From a virus (Duplodnaviria > Caudoviricetes), in the IMG/VR virus record IMGVR_UViG_3300010282_000004, positions 32,001-96,000 of that record: a stretch of 64,000 nt of DNA; one strand, given 5' to 3'. Made by a program: the position numbers and the translations under genes. The notes below the pieces were generated by a model. It was not told the DNA's origin, searched no databases, and worked only from the letters and a program-made list of their open reading frames with translations. Each line of letters begins with the position of its first letter. Positions within the stretch are counted from its first letter, which is position 1. Of the stretch, positions 22,501-29,333 are shown piece by piece.

Positions 22501-23349
22501 TTGGCGGCAGAATATTTTGGAGCTGATTGGGAAAGTCAAATCTTGTCTGGAAGAAAGGCTACACTTGAGCAATTCAAAGACGCTTACATCTCTATCCAAG
22601 AGCAAATTCGTGAAGCTGCTCTACGGTCTGCTGAAGCTCAGGAGAAGGCTGCTGCAGCCGGATCTGGAAATACTGGAAGTATACCTGTAACTGCTTCTGA
22701 TACTTCTACACAAAATAAGGTAAGAAATGTTTCATATCTTGAGTCTGATGAAGGTGTTATTCAAGAAATTGATGACATCAAGGAATATGTCAAAACACAT
22801 GCAAGAGATTTGCAGAATCCTTATGTAAGGATTAAAACTGAAGATATAACTGGATATGGAGTATATGACGAAAAGGACAAGAACTATAAAAAGCAAGTTA
22901 AGAGTTTTGAAACTCTTGGTGAAGCATTAAAGTTCGTTGATGAAAACAAGGAACGTAAGTGGAAAATCCGTGCAATCCAAGCATTTGCAAAGGGTGGTGT
23001 TATCAATGCCAACAATAACAATCCTCTTAATAGTATTGCATCTAAGCTTGGTGAAGATACTGCGGTTCTTGCAAGACATGGTGAGCGTATCCTTACCCCG
23101 GTACAGAATCAGTATTGGGAGAAATGGACTAATGCTATTCCTAATCTTACAAAACACCTTGAGAAACTTAAGTTTAATACTCCGAACTTATCTTCTATCC
23201 TTAATGCAGTTGCATCTAAAGAAACAACAGTTAAGCAGGAAATCAGTATCTCCTTGCCTAACGTAACAAATACATCTGGTGCTGAATACGTATTGAATGC
23301 TCTTAAGACATTACCTCTTGAGGCAGTACAACGTGTTAACAGACGTTAA
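4576..23349 (+). CDS. Giant tail tape measure protein (6257 aa)
   Basis: AGGAGG RBS; TP901-like TMP core at about 17550-18480 (VDLDNALVDLQKTT, ASAWSRLGY, GTAFKTIAMRIRG, LEKLAGKRG); C-terminal FAKGG and HGERILT motifs; extensive coiled coil; followed by tail/baseplate genes. Confidence 0.9.
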   Translation: MANASNSSFLRQYNIKIGADTTELLNKLKAAKKELTDKLNNLDFSVLTDAVKKDMEKVLEEVTNATELMSKSFENIESKLNVDGIEKNFTNLSSTVESTVGTLKDTLGSLEESIATLNSRDFTQLGGQISQSFNEVNESVGKVLGKIVEVTVGIKEYQEVLRDVRSGKITMNIETNNMENTVSNVENELDVIAHKYSDVISKIEERLSDMNVPTDPREDLKGLREYLIVLNNVIESYDEFNNDQKRSIGLNIDMIKKQRSQISGLYEDGIRYAKRAAIDLEKENLAINVSEKVSDMLSGAIEKGNTDEIKKALDKVVKFLGGLDFGEGIELKWKTRIDPDVTVEKLEKELQERYIQPIQEYLNNPNNELKLHVSIAKQSAVNLRDEAMKIIHDALAGKLGDNTIGDLRKDIVEQQAAKQSGQSSSQQSFVPMPGRYASQSGVSNSNYGGINLDATGLAQESTLSRIANAVEKWDSNGIPTVSRYPKKEENITEKAINKAEQLLAGRSLGNINNPIAVDAANVRKETIKRIGYYEQRNDMIKELAKVGVRLTKKKDIFTSSAFFNEGYTAKDGKVYAKWAGLGTPVLLEDWKKEWLKVLEDGVKPLTELEKRTIKENKYNRDKFTKEEWEKLEVKQNYTITEWLNKQLVDVNKIKEGSGLEYDGKRLIAANETSTSYGSIYSSAQSQIRVLQKEILEDRKDENGNIILGLNTEAQKLDILKEERDLMQQIIGLSSTDPSNEMLPQLKEQLRQKERHIENQDLFKEKQARLIELENIRTENNGWSNDEFYEYENIKQLINSLYVEPTEDMLEFALKNVEVIDAAVTEQQAKVEALQSTYNDRIRDITIKFYKDNNVFTTDSGQQIKLLVNDDADYRKKVEELKVGRATLSAMEASMYRGDYEDYGALYNDEERKQYSQLKYRMDALGKAVVFYQEMRKKQGVELEKIKEFVPKKVDSQGEEVMTLAKALKPMIESGLTENEYLRTASQEEFKQIVEDLLKVEDSEYDVQQDVITALEARIQYLNKKKIEVDKDIKDAKAAGRDTIKLEETSKGLGEAVAGLSADKKNIEAQNKLTTAIKSTNNLNDKEFDQLMRIVDTFVEKQNSKNRLDFLDKKLSPLSEVDYNNFLKEFNERMSVVFDLDEKHNAQKITDEQYNALITDAENKVYETIAKMNPLPEDVPIETKDKLNNIIYQIAYRENSYKTLSEALQQERKNRANLIKAYEEGKLVDPKTGDIAEDYFRKKDQEYVDRINEIVSNLNSILDENDRLMKDKSELLSGYRTSGKAFDQYTAEKVNSQKLDKQLEMLIEEALGSLSGRIKDKLGETLTSLISEGKFHEGLKEGLDKGIDSIIAEEGLGKDGKIFKEQLDEAIDSILEEGLTGYDLEKKLSDKFSSIINKNFYVRGGHLKGLLKNGVEGLLSNDLIYNLINYKLTPTGKATTNITNSASTRVSESKQATEILNRILHRNTVRTETEKKRSEERTEERTRAEVKKEETKERFNVSSILNSLETMQNEIYENIDEKKLMENELTELESLSGSNLLKAYDKFYESKEKELEALDQSEKDLLAKINSYTYSNEGIEELVNDILNNKDGRYVKRVSNDPRVPNVPLSKQELEKKANEKRTELYTEKNKLNEEYNKTVEDNKVKRQNIEKEIADERSKMAAGNAYLNILISEREKLKKFTSSANETESKIKKIDDELNLIRNRAQITGQIPDEIEQRRSELLKEREILQSSYNYKIESKKDIEDKILSLEEKILHGDGQDEINNRIDVIHQDLENLQVRRDFIRDSYKSKAGDLITGSGEKETKESRFYELNEALKHYSNSNFKIERELWGKAGTYLNSDDISDIIFGQVGAKYKSRLGAEYTITEDMQSLAREFGKNEPIISNLTKALRRFIPNFDKDVSILGGYDDKYTIKPSDSTDAINKNTTATEENTESKSDATTATAASTDEIKKETEEIEKNTKAKQKNQKVTNDILKQYGVDSEKSKNDQEIIQGILDSTYDEDQFDLDNVRRSTPTYIAYEKRKLDLQKDIDTLKDEKSKAGVKREKKTDTALSDLIRQKENVEKELERMKDGFSQKEVNNLEILYNYVRSIYSPKSGIINATLDGIIGDEDDIKAIKEKANFFENQFRLYSPQNMKQRYESSDELKGQFKSYKEYSKHMLKELNKDRGTKYKSTGDYLKDLYTQIKSDAEFVAGSYKYNNHGKNPDNVIRGLRSQLTTLENNLHDLQTRNVTHGEAHDKEIQELESKIQEKRDELREYEEGYEQYSIQAKEKEIADLNQRINNEKTARAINVSSSGEQDAQKAINNKRRELKRLEAKEKSIGLADPMYLKAVEENEKRKEKREEEENRHAHMTEEEKKLTNDLYEANGKLINMLKDKDKYTEKQIDDQKKIIRGLEEQVELSERLELYERGQYNNARLKSQYRPKQKLSSSTDEPFIDIDPTIPATEKTLVEIRDILYKTIGKNLSRPKQKTEDEREHSEFFKKYGVEYNKYLIDKVAKDLGLMSETYKNGVKVKYIDKDDRETVNLEYARRIKERNKEIDKIAEELGLFKKNKAGEKYLTSEGRRRAIVEMENRSPGSSMYQRHTIDSWRKEFEKDPTYKIGQIKDARDLIKTILLEDAKGNDVSKLFSDLMTKFGDQIGVKKEVEDKDSLTNQIKDIMIKMLEADSKGEDTSELFKELLKKQEEVNSLKVESNKDGEQSDSTAQTEVKPDLKEEIKGLLQQFFLKDALGEDTSDLFKQLLQKADSVLGNEESVLSKAIKSATKSNKVGELDTELYKEIAKRNGWYYENTLEDGTVKSGVKSDFRKYVYGQMEIEKAGSSGYSDEVVKENVKEYLMYLLAKGRDGALTKAGTTRASSKKELEKELVNIKPGFEGLTEEQLTRVNSILGDTATTLSQVAQSSEQVASAQSNLSEEEKLRLRAEEQQQADLDKFGNNNAAAGSLENQTNVTDALVESSQQATAALSEQDNANRQVAESSQQATTALSEQTGQQTQTSSEQTGSDIPNELPLPTGEVLDFKKLLEEYKMAEPILDKYGKKTVEKFYNGALAETDDEKKAFEEIAKIPKEVIATYLDMHSPSKVMEVLGYNTIEGFAKGIEENADRVSEAMAYALQEGKFTQSDINDLLGSLDRRKKSNKIVGDFIDSKRYESDEIKQLLQADMTAYGELKSSILSQIKDKNMNDIAKIIRDDTDFVNKITDAETALKNITNGQATFENVFADIFGNKSHKTVSEAYTTAIRKMTVGTGELNETIAKVVNNLGDVETASEEAFDVKPVKEQINGLRSELGNDLNVKEKTRKAKKGNKKSYKIEGENGTATISESGEVSITKKTINDLDKKRQNDKDEKENERKTKDAKRKEFDEIIDAAKAVVIAEREVDSAFNKFKKDNNAFAPILAEARVNLDKKKEELAKFDVEKFLKDNSKYLTKKQMSAYDSAIRKQRTLEDTRLASQQSDFNATVNKNQKKADAQHAARVNEDAEELKSLKTKSLDYEYLIQKATGEKEKKTLKRLKADVDSIFETKFASYGKEVISVYDDKIKDVESRHIERMALEISKNDDKLDKLGKKNSSDKSVQNARELLDLQKEIYRYEIMRDKAGEGYEKDALNKILAQKNERFLKLFSKADKATVKEFNKGYGSIYEKHNNELYLLSQKNKDKEDIKLRKEAEADNRQFDKDREHEINDAKKVRENAYVKILKTMLQISDATNQDQVDNLKQLIELYKKDFNEASNTLMKLSTEVFNESNDKLRLLKLETKNKRDLKMHNIQEKAETENNLINKKKLDAIQSDADELLKVQEEIYQTEIQIEKARGENERNYYKNQLDNKKQELTTLLSQASDETKNKFEEGLVELKKKHEDNLSLITAKILDDSDARDKKAQEGADKRQEKISKEQKKYITQRTEKGLWMDFNHRNIENAYAVGATATFKNQKSDTIWQGELFNKEVDELISSVEEIVKAEEELDKAQKEFDEKGDAYEGRLDVAKEKLSAAVGKYRDLNPVEFYEGNKDAFSDDQMSRYTKVMDKWEKLNLDRDTRIAQEREKAQKKFESDAKNTISTADRMYKTISNLDESYGITSDENIAEYKKNIYDSLTNIGKTLKKELYNTDENDNILSLKNIIDINTLSKIDELTSKVHTLGDEIERINKQEEIDSEINLAKSNVGNMLNNLGLYNSDEYRGLVLDIVSYINNIDMLKRDDNGLFGDVEINNAKNYLSVIKNIEKEANNIPQLASEISKSKISAQMSDYLRKNTRINPIRRNELELLMNQLDSKSLDQQGLKNIIQRFNELKVQINQAGEAGKGFAAIFNTKMVHIISAQVAQMFSFYSILNRIRSAINVIVDLDNALVDLQKTTKMNTSDLNDFYYEANNISIRMGVTTKEIIEQASAWSRLGYNTKDAAEQMAELNSQFASISPGMDINTATDGLVSSMKAFNIEVEDVERRIMDNINRVGNTAATSNQEIVDMLTRSSAAMAAANNSIEETIALETAAVEITRNAETTGTAFKTIAMRIRGYDEETEELSEDLETISGDIASLTKINGKGGISLFTDDTKQTYKSTYQILKEISEIYDDLTDKQRAELLEKLAGKRGGQVVAGLLTNFDAVEKALNEMDNAAGSSDDEMRIIEKSISYKINALKETWTGVFQDIVERDDIGSIITALTSLSSALGNFIRLLDNLKFKIGNVTGNNPLINMLGLGNVTIGGNNALGGILGLGAGAALGTRNLGVIRTYNVSNDDGTSSLRIGTWLNQRKNIVNNYDKKINKNKKLLEEAKGVLQQLQEYFGDSNTLERIEKYKKGVEDVGSAFNNTSDELKNYVLQHISSDNIFEDFIKETVDTTNALEEEKTEIVKTSGAMDKLAKTVRVGLNALVSMGLGMLIDTALGWVQEYLSAEETIREKARDAGKAISETSESVEDYKKQINDLYKVIKDKSSTDDQVIEARTTLLELQNQMIEKYGDETSKIESVTKATLGYVDALDQLTTAQYYASRNDFEALTFGEWVNNTINAYSGNMARMKDEFLKTRTEAFYLDISNADFSKFDENMINELNKIGVKVKLDTKPNLFQTKTQGLKKYGIGVNRTSGLAELSEYTKNANLVDFDPLTQSLSASDRIVLQFTGDARQLNTTVLQMQEIFGDIDGFDGAINQLGIMQNDLDGIISSFEKMADAYVYEELIMNKNDKMDLESLPNNITNAVKEYNEAFKNNDKKAMDQATIHYLGSIKSSEKYLNDQIANGKISEEDAQAVMNYLENMYSSQMQGAIDTLELHLKVVADLYPTVSKDSIKSLKDNLSREDLISISDMIDTYENDGQDLQEVVSNAMESARAKIIEQGLNPEDMDSATQIALNKAIDDAASELGMTTEMFLSTYYSAENGINGLLQFCKENGYELEQLLDELGFKSREVSEEETNLTSNIAEKVNTARKSLESLYDSLEKYRTGKLVGGDYLDVLEDVLKEDSEFLEGANNIGEALQNAINKKLEETRALIVQKAPELLDAWDEAIDKAQFTSKLNEANTELDKLQEGMKTLSSAFDEYNESGFITLDTLQSLMAENGEYIQMLTIENGQLKINEEAYKNIMAAKLNDFKATLDKAAAAEINALAEENAEGKTRSNIQALNEETIAYSENTREAIKNATKKGVSEDEINNIINKYDTIWDTALKGYNKNFKQFSGLANSSAKDAQTKAKELLDNYIAVQDALLDAGKISFADYCKNVKGKLDEMYNSGKISAKDYFDSVKTFLEKQQSIYDKILNAVTRRFDKEIEGIDKQITAINEENDALNKQKDEYDKILSVVQEVYDKEIESLQNQQEAIQDKIDALQKANDEEDRALALANARYALEKAQQQRTRLVYNGAEGFVYQTDPEAIRDAKKELKDVELENTISALEEEKEALDKNIEALEEYKEKWSEVSGTYDKEVNRQLAIALWGENYEQMILQNREQDIQDFTDKYVELQKKVDDNTSLIESLEEKKQVYEELKKEWQDITSVYEQSIEDQLAAEYFGADWESQILSGRKATLEQFKDAYISIQEQIREAALRSAEAQEKAAAAGSGNTGSIPVTASDTSTQNKVRNVSYLESDEGVIQEIDDIKEYVKTHARDLQNPYVRIKTEDITGYGVYDEKDKNYKKQVKSFETLGEALKFVDENKERKWKIRAIQAFAKGGVINANNNNPLNSIASKLGEDTAVLARHGERILTPVQNQYWEKWTNAIPNLTKHLEKLKFNTPNLSSILNAVASKETTVKQEISISLPNVTNTSGAEYVLNALKTLPLEAVQRVNRR

Positions 23350-23352
23350 ACG

Positions 23353-23411
23353 ATAGTCATTTCTATGGCTATTTTTTTGTGGGTGGTTGAAATATACCAC
23401 CCACTTATTTT
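23353..23411 (+). terminator. Two tandem terminator-like hairpins after the TMP
   Basis: ATAGTCAT-TTCT-ATGGCTAT plus T-run; then GTGGGTGGT-N8-ACCACCCAC plus TTATTTT. Confidence 0.65.
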
Positions 23412-23432
23412 AAAAGAAAGGAATGAATATTT

Positions 23433-23774
23433 ATGGAAAAAGTGAATGAACTCATCCTTGATGCTATAGAGACTTTCGTTGATAAAAAAGTTAAGGACGC
23501 ACCTTATGATTATACACAGATAGGTACTATTGTAGAACCATTAGGTGGCGGTAACTATATAGTATCTGCTAATGGAGAAGAATTTGAAGTAGAATCTCCT
23601 TATATTGGATTACAGAAACTTGATAAGGTCTATGTAATTACACGATTAAACAATAAACATAAACGTTATATCAGTGGAACTTTTGGTGAAAGAATTTTGA
23701 TGGACACTGGTATAAGTACTATTACTCTCACACAAAGTGAGGTTGATGATTTGATTAATGTATTTAATTTTTAG
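23433..23774 (+). CDS. Putative tail/baseplate protein (small, OB-fold-like)
   Basis: First gene after the TMP; YDYT..GTIV..GGGNYIV pattern. Confidence 0.5.
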   Translation: MEKVNELILDAIETFVDKKVKDAPYDYTQIGTIVEPLGGGNYIVSANGEEFEVESPYIGLQKLDKVYVITRLNNKHKRYISGTFGERILMDTGISTITLTQSEVDDLINVFNF

Positions 23775-23788
23775 GAGGTGATGATTAA

Positions 23789-25087
23789 ATGGCAAGTTCA
23801 AATTCTATTAAACCAATTTTAGGTGGCAATGTATCAAAACCATTTGACGTACAAAATGGTGTTTTAATACCATTCCAGTTCAATGGAGTTCCTATTAATA
23901 ATACATATCAAATATTAGATCTGGAGAGTTTAGAGGTTTTATATACTAGCGTTACAGAAGAATCCTCAGAATATAGATTTATTATAGCCGCAGGTGGTCT
24001 AGGTGGTGCTATCTCAAATGGTCATAATTATTTATTTAAAGGAAAAGTAAGCTACAATAATAATGGTGCTATTGTAGAAAGTTCATGGTCTGATACTGCA
24101 ATTATTTACTGCTACTCTATGCCATCTATAAGTTTAACAAATATTCCTGCTCAGCAGGGAGAACAACCAATTGAAATCAATGTACCTACTATTACTGTAG
24201 GTATTAACTATACAACAGGCACTGAGCCTGATATTGACGATTTAAATCTGTTTAAATATTCCATATACAATGCTGATAAAGTTTTGTTAAAGGCATCTGA
24301 GTCATATAAAGACAAGACACAGATGTATACATTCTATGGTTTAGATAATAATAAGATTTATTATTTGAGAGTTGTAGGCACTACTGTTCACGGTCAGACT
24401 GTTGACACAGGATATGTGCCTATCTTTATTAGACTTGGTAGTGCAGGAAGTAGTTCTGTATTCTCAGTAGAGAATAATAAGTGTGAAGGAAACATTCTTG
24501 TAAGTACAAATATTGATACACAAGGTTATTACAAAGAACGTGATGCTATTGTGTATTATAATCCAGATCCCACAAGTTATCCACCTGGAGAATCATATGA
24601 TACTGAGCATCCTGATGATCCAGCTCATATTTGGAGTGGATATTTCTTAAACACACTTCCAGACGGATATGTATGCTATACGAAGGGTTACTATATTAAT
24701 GGTGAATTTGCATCGAAGGTAACATTTGGTCAGCCACTTCCAACTGATAGGGTATTTTACTTTAAGGATACAGACGATAATGAAATTGTTGCAAGATATA
24801 TGCTTATTAAGGGATTGGATAACACAACTGTAAAAGGAGCATATTTCTTGTTGGAAGTTGTTAACACTACAAATGCTAGTGGTGTAACACTTAAGAAGTT
24901 GATTAATAATTATGCTACTGATGTATTCCCGGCATTAACAAATAATGACTTGGTAGACTTATCAGTTAACAGAGAGAAGGTATATTACCAAGAAGGTAGA
25001 ACAGAGTTCTACTACTCTTATACTATTAAAGCAAAGATTACTACATATAACAATAATGGAGAGGTGGTGAATGAAGCATGGTACTAG
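23789..25087 (+). CDS. Putative virion structural protein (beta-rich, Fn3-like segment)
   Basis: AGGAGG RBS; YTFYGLDNNKIYYLRVVGTT Fn3-like motif; tail module context. Confidence 0.55.
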   Translation: MASSNSIKPILGGNVSKPFDVQNGVLIPFQFNGVPINNTYQILDLESLEVLYTSVTEESSEYRFIIAAGGLGGAISNGHNYLFKGKVSYNNNGAIVESSWSDTAIIYCYSMPSISLTNIPAQQGEQPIEINVPTITVGINYTTGTEPDIDDLNLFKYSIYNADKVLLKASESYKDKTQMYTFYGLDNNKIYYLRVVGTTVHGQTVDTGYVPIFIRLGSAGSSSVFSVENNKCEGNILVSTNIDTQGYYKERDAIVYYNPDPTSYPPGESYDTEHPDDPAHIWSGYFLNTLPDGYVCYTKGYYINGEFASKVTFGQPLPTDRVFYFKDTDDNEIVARYMLIKGLDNTTVKGAYFLLEVVNTTNASGVTLKKLINNYATDVFPALTNNDLVDLSVNREKVYYQEGRTEFYYSYTIKAKITTYNNNGEVVNEAWY

Positions 25088-26037
25088 GATATATGGCAAA
25101 TGGTTACAATGAAGATTGTGCCTATAATAGAAAAACTGCATCAGTAGAAAACATCAATAAGGTTACTGTTGCTACTGCTAAGTTTAAAGAGTTTATGGTT
25201 CGTGATAAATGTGATATTAATGTCGACACTCCATATACAGATGATTGGGATGAGCATATGGTACTTCATGCTAAATTCGACAGACCTTATGACCCTGCTA
25301 ATAATCCTGATCCTACAAGTATGAACTATGATTCTGGCAACTATAAATACAATGTTCAGAACACAAAACATATTCTTGTTAAGAGAAGGCCTGTCAACGG
25401 ATATGAATGGATGACAGTTTATAGTAAAGATATAAACGATGCATCCGACTTCACATTTAGTTTCTTTGATAATTACGCAGCTAGTATGACAGAATACGAG
25501 TATGCTTTAGTTCCAGTAAAGAATAACGGAACTGAAGGTGATTATACTTATCAGTATGTAACTTCTGAATTCGATGGTTGTTATATTGTTGATACAGAAA
25601 AGATGTTTAGACTTTTTGTTGACTTAAAGATGGACAGAAATGTTAACTCTCCTAGAGCATTTATTACAAGTCTCAATAAAAAGTATCCTACAACTGTTAA
25701 GACCTCAAAGGCTAAGTATATGAAAGGAAGTGCTACTGCATCTGTTATTGACTTTATCTGTAATGATTGTAAGTTAGATGAAGAGAATGCTTGGAAGTAT
25801 AGGAATGACTTCTTAGATTTCTTATATAATGGCAATGCTAAAGTTCTTAAAACATATGATGGTAGGTTTAATTATATTATTGAAATTGAAGATGGTGCCT
25901 CTGAGAGTGCATCTGAAAATTGGAATCTTCCTACTACGTCATTCAATTTCGTGCAAATTGGGAGTGCCGAAAGTACTGAGGATATGACTAAGGCAGGATT
26001 AATTGAAGTTGAAAGAGAATGGTGGGAAGATAAATGA
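25078..26037 (+). CDS. Putative distal tail/baseplate protein
   Basis: YEYALVPV and FLYNGNAKVLK motifs seen in tail proteins of SPbeta-like phages; overlaps both neighbours. Confidence 0.55.
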   Translation: MVLGYMANGYNEDCAYNRKTASVENINKVTVATAKFKEFMVRDKCDINVDTPYTDDWDEHMVLHAKFDRPYDPANNPDPTSMNYDSGNYKYNVQNTKHILVKRRPVNGYEWMTVYSKDINDASDFTFSFFDNYAASMTEYEYALVPVKNNGTEGDYTYQYVTSEFDGCYIVDTEKMFRLFVDLKMDRNVNSPRAFITSLNKKYPTTVKTSKAKYMKGSATASVIDFICNDCKLDEENAWKYRNDFLDFLYNGNAKVLKTYDGRFNYIIEIEDGASESASENWNLPTTSFNFVQIGSAESTEDMTKAGLIEVEREWWEDK

Positions 26038-29000
26038 GTACCTATTATATGAACGAACTTGATAGAGAACTACTCTCCCAACCTGAAAAGATAATCTCTG
26101 TCAGAATGGAACTGTTAAACTCTGACGGTAGTATGATTCAGTCGTTAGATGCTTCTCTTATTAGTATATCATTATCTATTGATGCGGACTCTGAAATACG
26201 AAGAACCGGTACTATTAATATTATTCCAGAGTTTGATGGTTATGAAATCACTTCAGAGTCTAAAACTTGGATTGATAGAATGGTTCGTGTTTATCTTAAA
26301 TATTATAGCAATGTAAAGAATGAAGAAGCTGAATATTGCATGGGTACTTTTTTGATTGATACAAAAACATTTACTTTGGACGAAACAAATGATTCTTTGT
26401 CAGTTACACTTGTCGATCTCATGGCTAAACTTGATGGTACATATGGTGGAGAACTTGGTCAGGAAGAAGTTGTTATTCCTATGGAAGAACCTGTGTTTGA
26501 TGATGATGGGAATCCTGTTCCTAAGAGAGATGAACAAGGAAATATTATCTATCAAACCGATGAGGATGGTAATCCTATTATAGATCCTGACACAGGAGAA
26601 CCTATTCCAGAACAAGCAACAAAACCTACTACTATTCGTGATGCTATGATTAAAACAATAGCTCTTGCTGGTATTAAAGAATATATTATAGATGACATTG
26701 GTGCTTATGATAGAGAGCATATGAAAGATAATTACACAAGATACTTTGATTATGCTCAATTAATTGATGAAAGCAATTGGAATTATTACACCCAGTATGA
26801 GTACAAAGGTGCTTATGGAGATGATTACGAGCAGTGTACATACGACTTTCCATATTTACAATATGGAGTAATGGATGATGGTGTTGATTATAGACAAAAA
26901 GTTGTATTGAGATTCAATACTTATGACAATCAGGGCAACTACTACTCTTATACAGAACCAATGTGTAGAAGAGGATTTGATAGACCATATGCATTTTATT
27001 ATAATGATGACCATCATCTCGTATTGGAAAGGCAAAGTGATTTAGATGCAGATGGTATATTAAGAGAGTTTGATGAAGTATATGGTGATGAATATAGTGG
27101 TAATATTTATGACAGTGTATTGTCTGCATATGTTGACAATATTGATGAATGTATAGAAAAATATAATGTGTCGCACGTAGACGTATTTAAAAACTACAAT
27201 AAACCATTAGGAAATCCAAGTGATCCACCAGACTTAATTTGTTATCATATAATTCTTTATCACAATAGTGGTAACAGATTGGTAATTGGAGAAGCAGGAA
27301 GTAACCAAGAAATACATTGTTCAAGTAAGGGTGGTATGTCTGAGATTATTTTAAATATGGATAAGGAAAACCCTACTTGTAGCAGTAGCAGTGGATCTTT
27401 TTCAGAGATGTGTCATAATAATTATTTCCCACAACTCAATAACAGACCACCTATGCCAAATCCTGAGACAGAGCCGGAAGAATATAGTGAATGGGCTGAA
27501 GAATGGACTCCACACATATTGCATGTTACTGGTGTGACAAGTCATATTTATGTTACAAATTTTATATGTAATAAATATCATACAACAGATGGTGTAATAG
27601 CATTTGACAATACATGTATGTGTTGTCCGTCAGAGAATGGTGAATATACTCATTTACCATCTGGCGCACAAAACATGCAAATAATAAATGATTTTGCACA
27701 ATATTCAAATACATATTGCTCATTCCCAATATTTGATTCAAAGGAACATGCAGATGCTTTCTTGGAGACTGGTGCAACAGAAGGTATTTTAAATCAAGGT
27801 AAAACATACAATGATATAGAACTTAGATATTCGGTAGATCAACCGTTTGAGCTTATATATTATCAAGGAGATACTGTTGACGATTCTACTTTTTATTATA
27901 TCTATGCGGTATCAAATGACTTGAATCACGATGTTACTGCTCGTGTTAGAAGAATTACTAATGTAAAGCGGTTATCAGATGATGTGGTTGTAGATTATGT
28001 AGAAGATATTGTCGAAGGTAATGCATATCAACGTGGTACTTATTTCCCATATGATTCTATGGGGCATGAGTATATTGGATTAGAACCATTTGTTACTGTA
28101 AGGAATCTTGAAGATAAGAAACCTTGGATATTAAATAACCTAAAAATGTTTGATAGCGTTGATCATGTTGTTGGTTACATTACATATGGCAAAGAAGATG
28201 GAATGACAGATCCGTTCGCAAAGAAAGATAATGTAATACCTTATGATATCAAAATTGATGGTGGTACATGTGTGCTTGACATTGTAAAAGAACTTAGAGA
28301 TTTGTATCCTGGATATGAAACATATTTCGATCCGAATGGTGTATTTCACTGCCATCTCATTCCAACTTGTGCCGATGACGATTATACATTGAAAGCAAAA
28401 GATTTTGAAGAAGAGATTGCTATTTATTCTGAGCAACGCAACTATGCTTATTCAAGTGTAAAGAATGTAGTTCAAGTGTATGGTGAGGAATATGAGGATA
28501 TTGATTGGTATGCAGATGAAAGTAATTCTGCATATGAAGAAGGTACTTGTACACTTCGAGTAGATTTTACAAAAGAAAAGTTCAGAGGATATGAAGACGG
28601 TATGTTACTAGCCATTAAACTTCAGGAAGCTAATCCACCCGGTTTTCATATAAGGTGTGTTGGTCTTCCACCTGTTAACACTGAGAATCCTACTACTCCT
28701 TCCAATAGTGAAGAGGAAGAGCCATATGCATATGGGCCTGTTAGAGTTATGTATTCTGTAGATGAAAATAAGAAACTTGAAAAAGGATATCTTCTTAAGG
28801 ATGTCGTTTATATCCTTACGTACAAGAAAGGTAACTTCGAATATGTAAGTTCGTTCCAGCCAAAAGGATTGGCAATACTACTCTCTCATGATATCCCCAA
28901 TGAAGAAAAAAAGAAATGGTGTGAAAAGTACAATGTTTCAGATGCATCATTTGTTATCGATCAAGATAATCCTTTTACAACCGATTGTATTAATATCCAC

Positions 29001-29330
29001 TACACAAAGAATGTAGAAACGAAGGATATGCAGATTATAAGAAGTGATGAGGAAGCATTAGCATTTGCAGAGTATGAACTTTGGAGAATGGGCAGACTTC
29101 CAAACACTATTACATTATCAACAGATGTTGTTCCATTCTTGGATGTCAATCAAAAGATTGAATATAAGCATATAAGATCAGGAGAAACATTTGCTTATAT
29201 TACAAAAAATATTTCAATAGATATCTCAGAAACATCAGCACAGGCTAGTATTACTGCCACTACTTTCAATAGTCTATATCCTGAGATAATCGGCAATCCA
29301 AACAGATATAGGCACGAAGGAGGTGTATAA
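26034..29330 (+). CDS. Baseplate hub/tail-associated protein (DUF5048-like) with a large internal insertion
   Basis: IDADSEIRRT, DLMAKLDGT, ELRDLYPGYETYFD, VKNVVQVYG and VPFLDVNQKIEY motifs. Confidence 0.65.
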   Translation: MSTYYMNELDRELLSQPEKIISVRMELLNSDGSMIQSLDASLISISLSIDADSEIRRTGTINIIPEFDGYEITSESKTWIDRMVRVYLKYYSNVKNEEAEYCMGTFLIDTKTFTLDETNDSLSVTLVDLMAKLDGTYGGELGQEEVVIPMEEPVFDDDGNPVPKRDEQGNIIYQTDEDGNPIIDPDTGEPIPEQATKPTTIRDAMIKTIALAGIKEYIIDDIGAYDREHMKDNYTRYFDYAQLIDESNWNYYTQYEYKGAYGDDYEQCTYDFPYLQYGVMDDGVDYRQKVVLRFNTYDNQGNYYSYTEPMCRRGFDRPYAFYYNDDHHLVLERQSDLDADGILREFDEVYGDEYSGNIYDSVLSAYVDNIDECIEKYNVSHVDVFKNYNKPLGNPSDPPDLICYHIILYHNSGNRLVIGEAGSNQEIHCSSKGGMSEIILNMDKENPTCSSSSGSFSEMCHNNYFPQLNNRPPMPNPETEPEEYSEWAEEWTPHILHVTGVTSHIYVTNFICNKYHTTDGVIAFDNTCMCCPSENGEYTHLPSGAQNMQIINDFAQYSNTYCSFPIFDSKEHADAFLETGATEGILNQGKTYNDIELRYSVDQPFELIYYQGDTVDDSTFYYIYAVSNDLNHDVTARVRRITNVKRLSDDVVVDYVEDIVEGNAYQRGTYFPYDSMGHEYIGLEPFVTVRNLEDKKPWILNNLKMFDSVDHVVGYITYGKEDGMTDPFAKKDNVIPYDIKIDGGTCVLDIVKELRDLYPGYETYFDPNGVFHCHLIPTCADDDYTLKAKDFEEEIAIYSEQRNYAYSSVKNVVQVYGEEYEDIDWYADESNSAYEEGTCTLRVDFTKEKFRGYEDGMLLAIKLQEANPPGFHIRCVGLPPVNTENPTTPSNSEEEEPYAYGPVRVMYSVDENKKLEKGYLLKDVVYILTYKKGNFEYVSSFQPKGLAILLSHDIPNEEKKKWCEKYNVSDASFVIDQDNPFTTDCINIHYTKNVETKDMQIIRSDEEALAFAEYELWRMGRLPNTITLSTDVVPFLDVNQKIEYKHIRSGETFAYITKNISIDISETSAQASITATTFNSLYPEIIGNPNRYRHEGGV

Positions 29331-29333
29331 TGA

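Noticed and set aside
5046-23266. Many short antisense or alternate-frame ORFs inside the TMP, and similar ones inside other long genes
   Set aside because: Shadow ORFs with biased composition, no RBS and no recognisable motifs.
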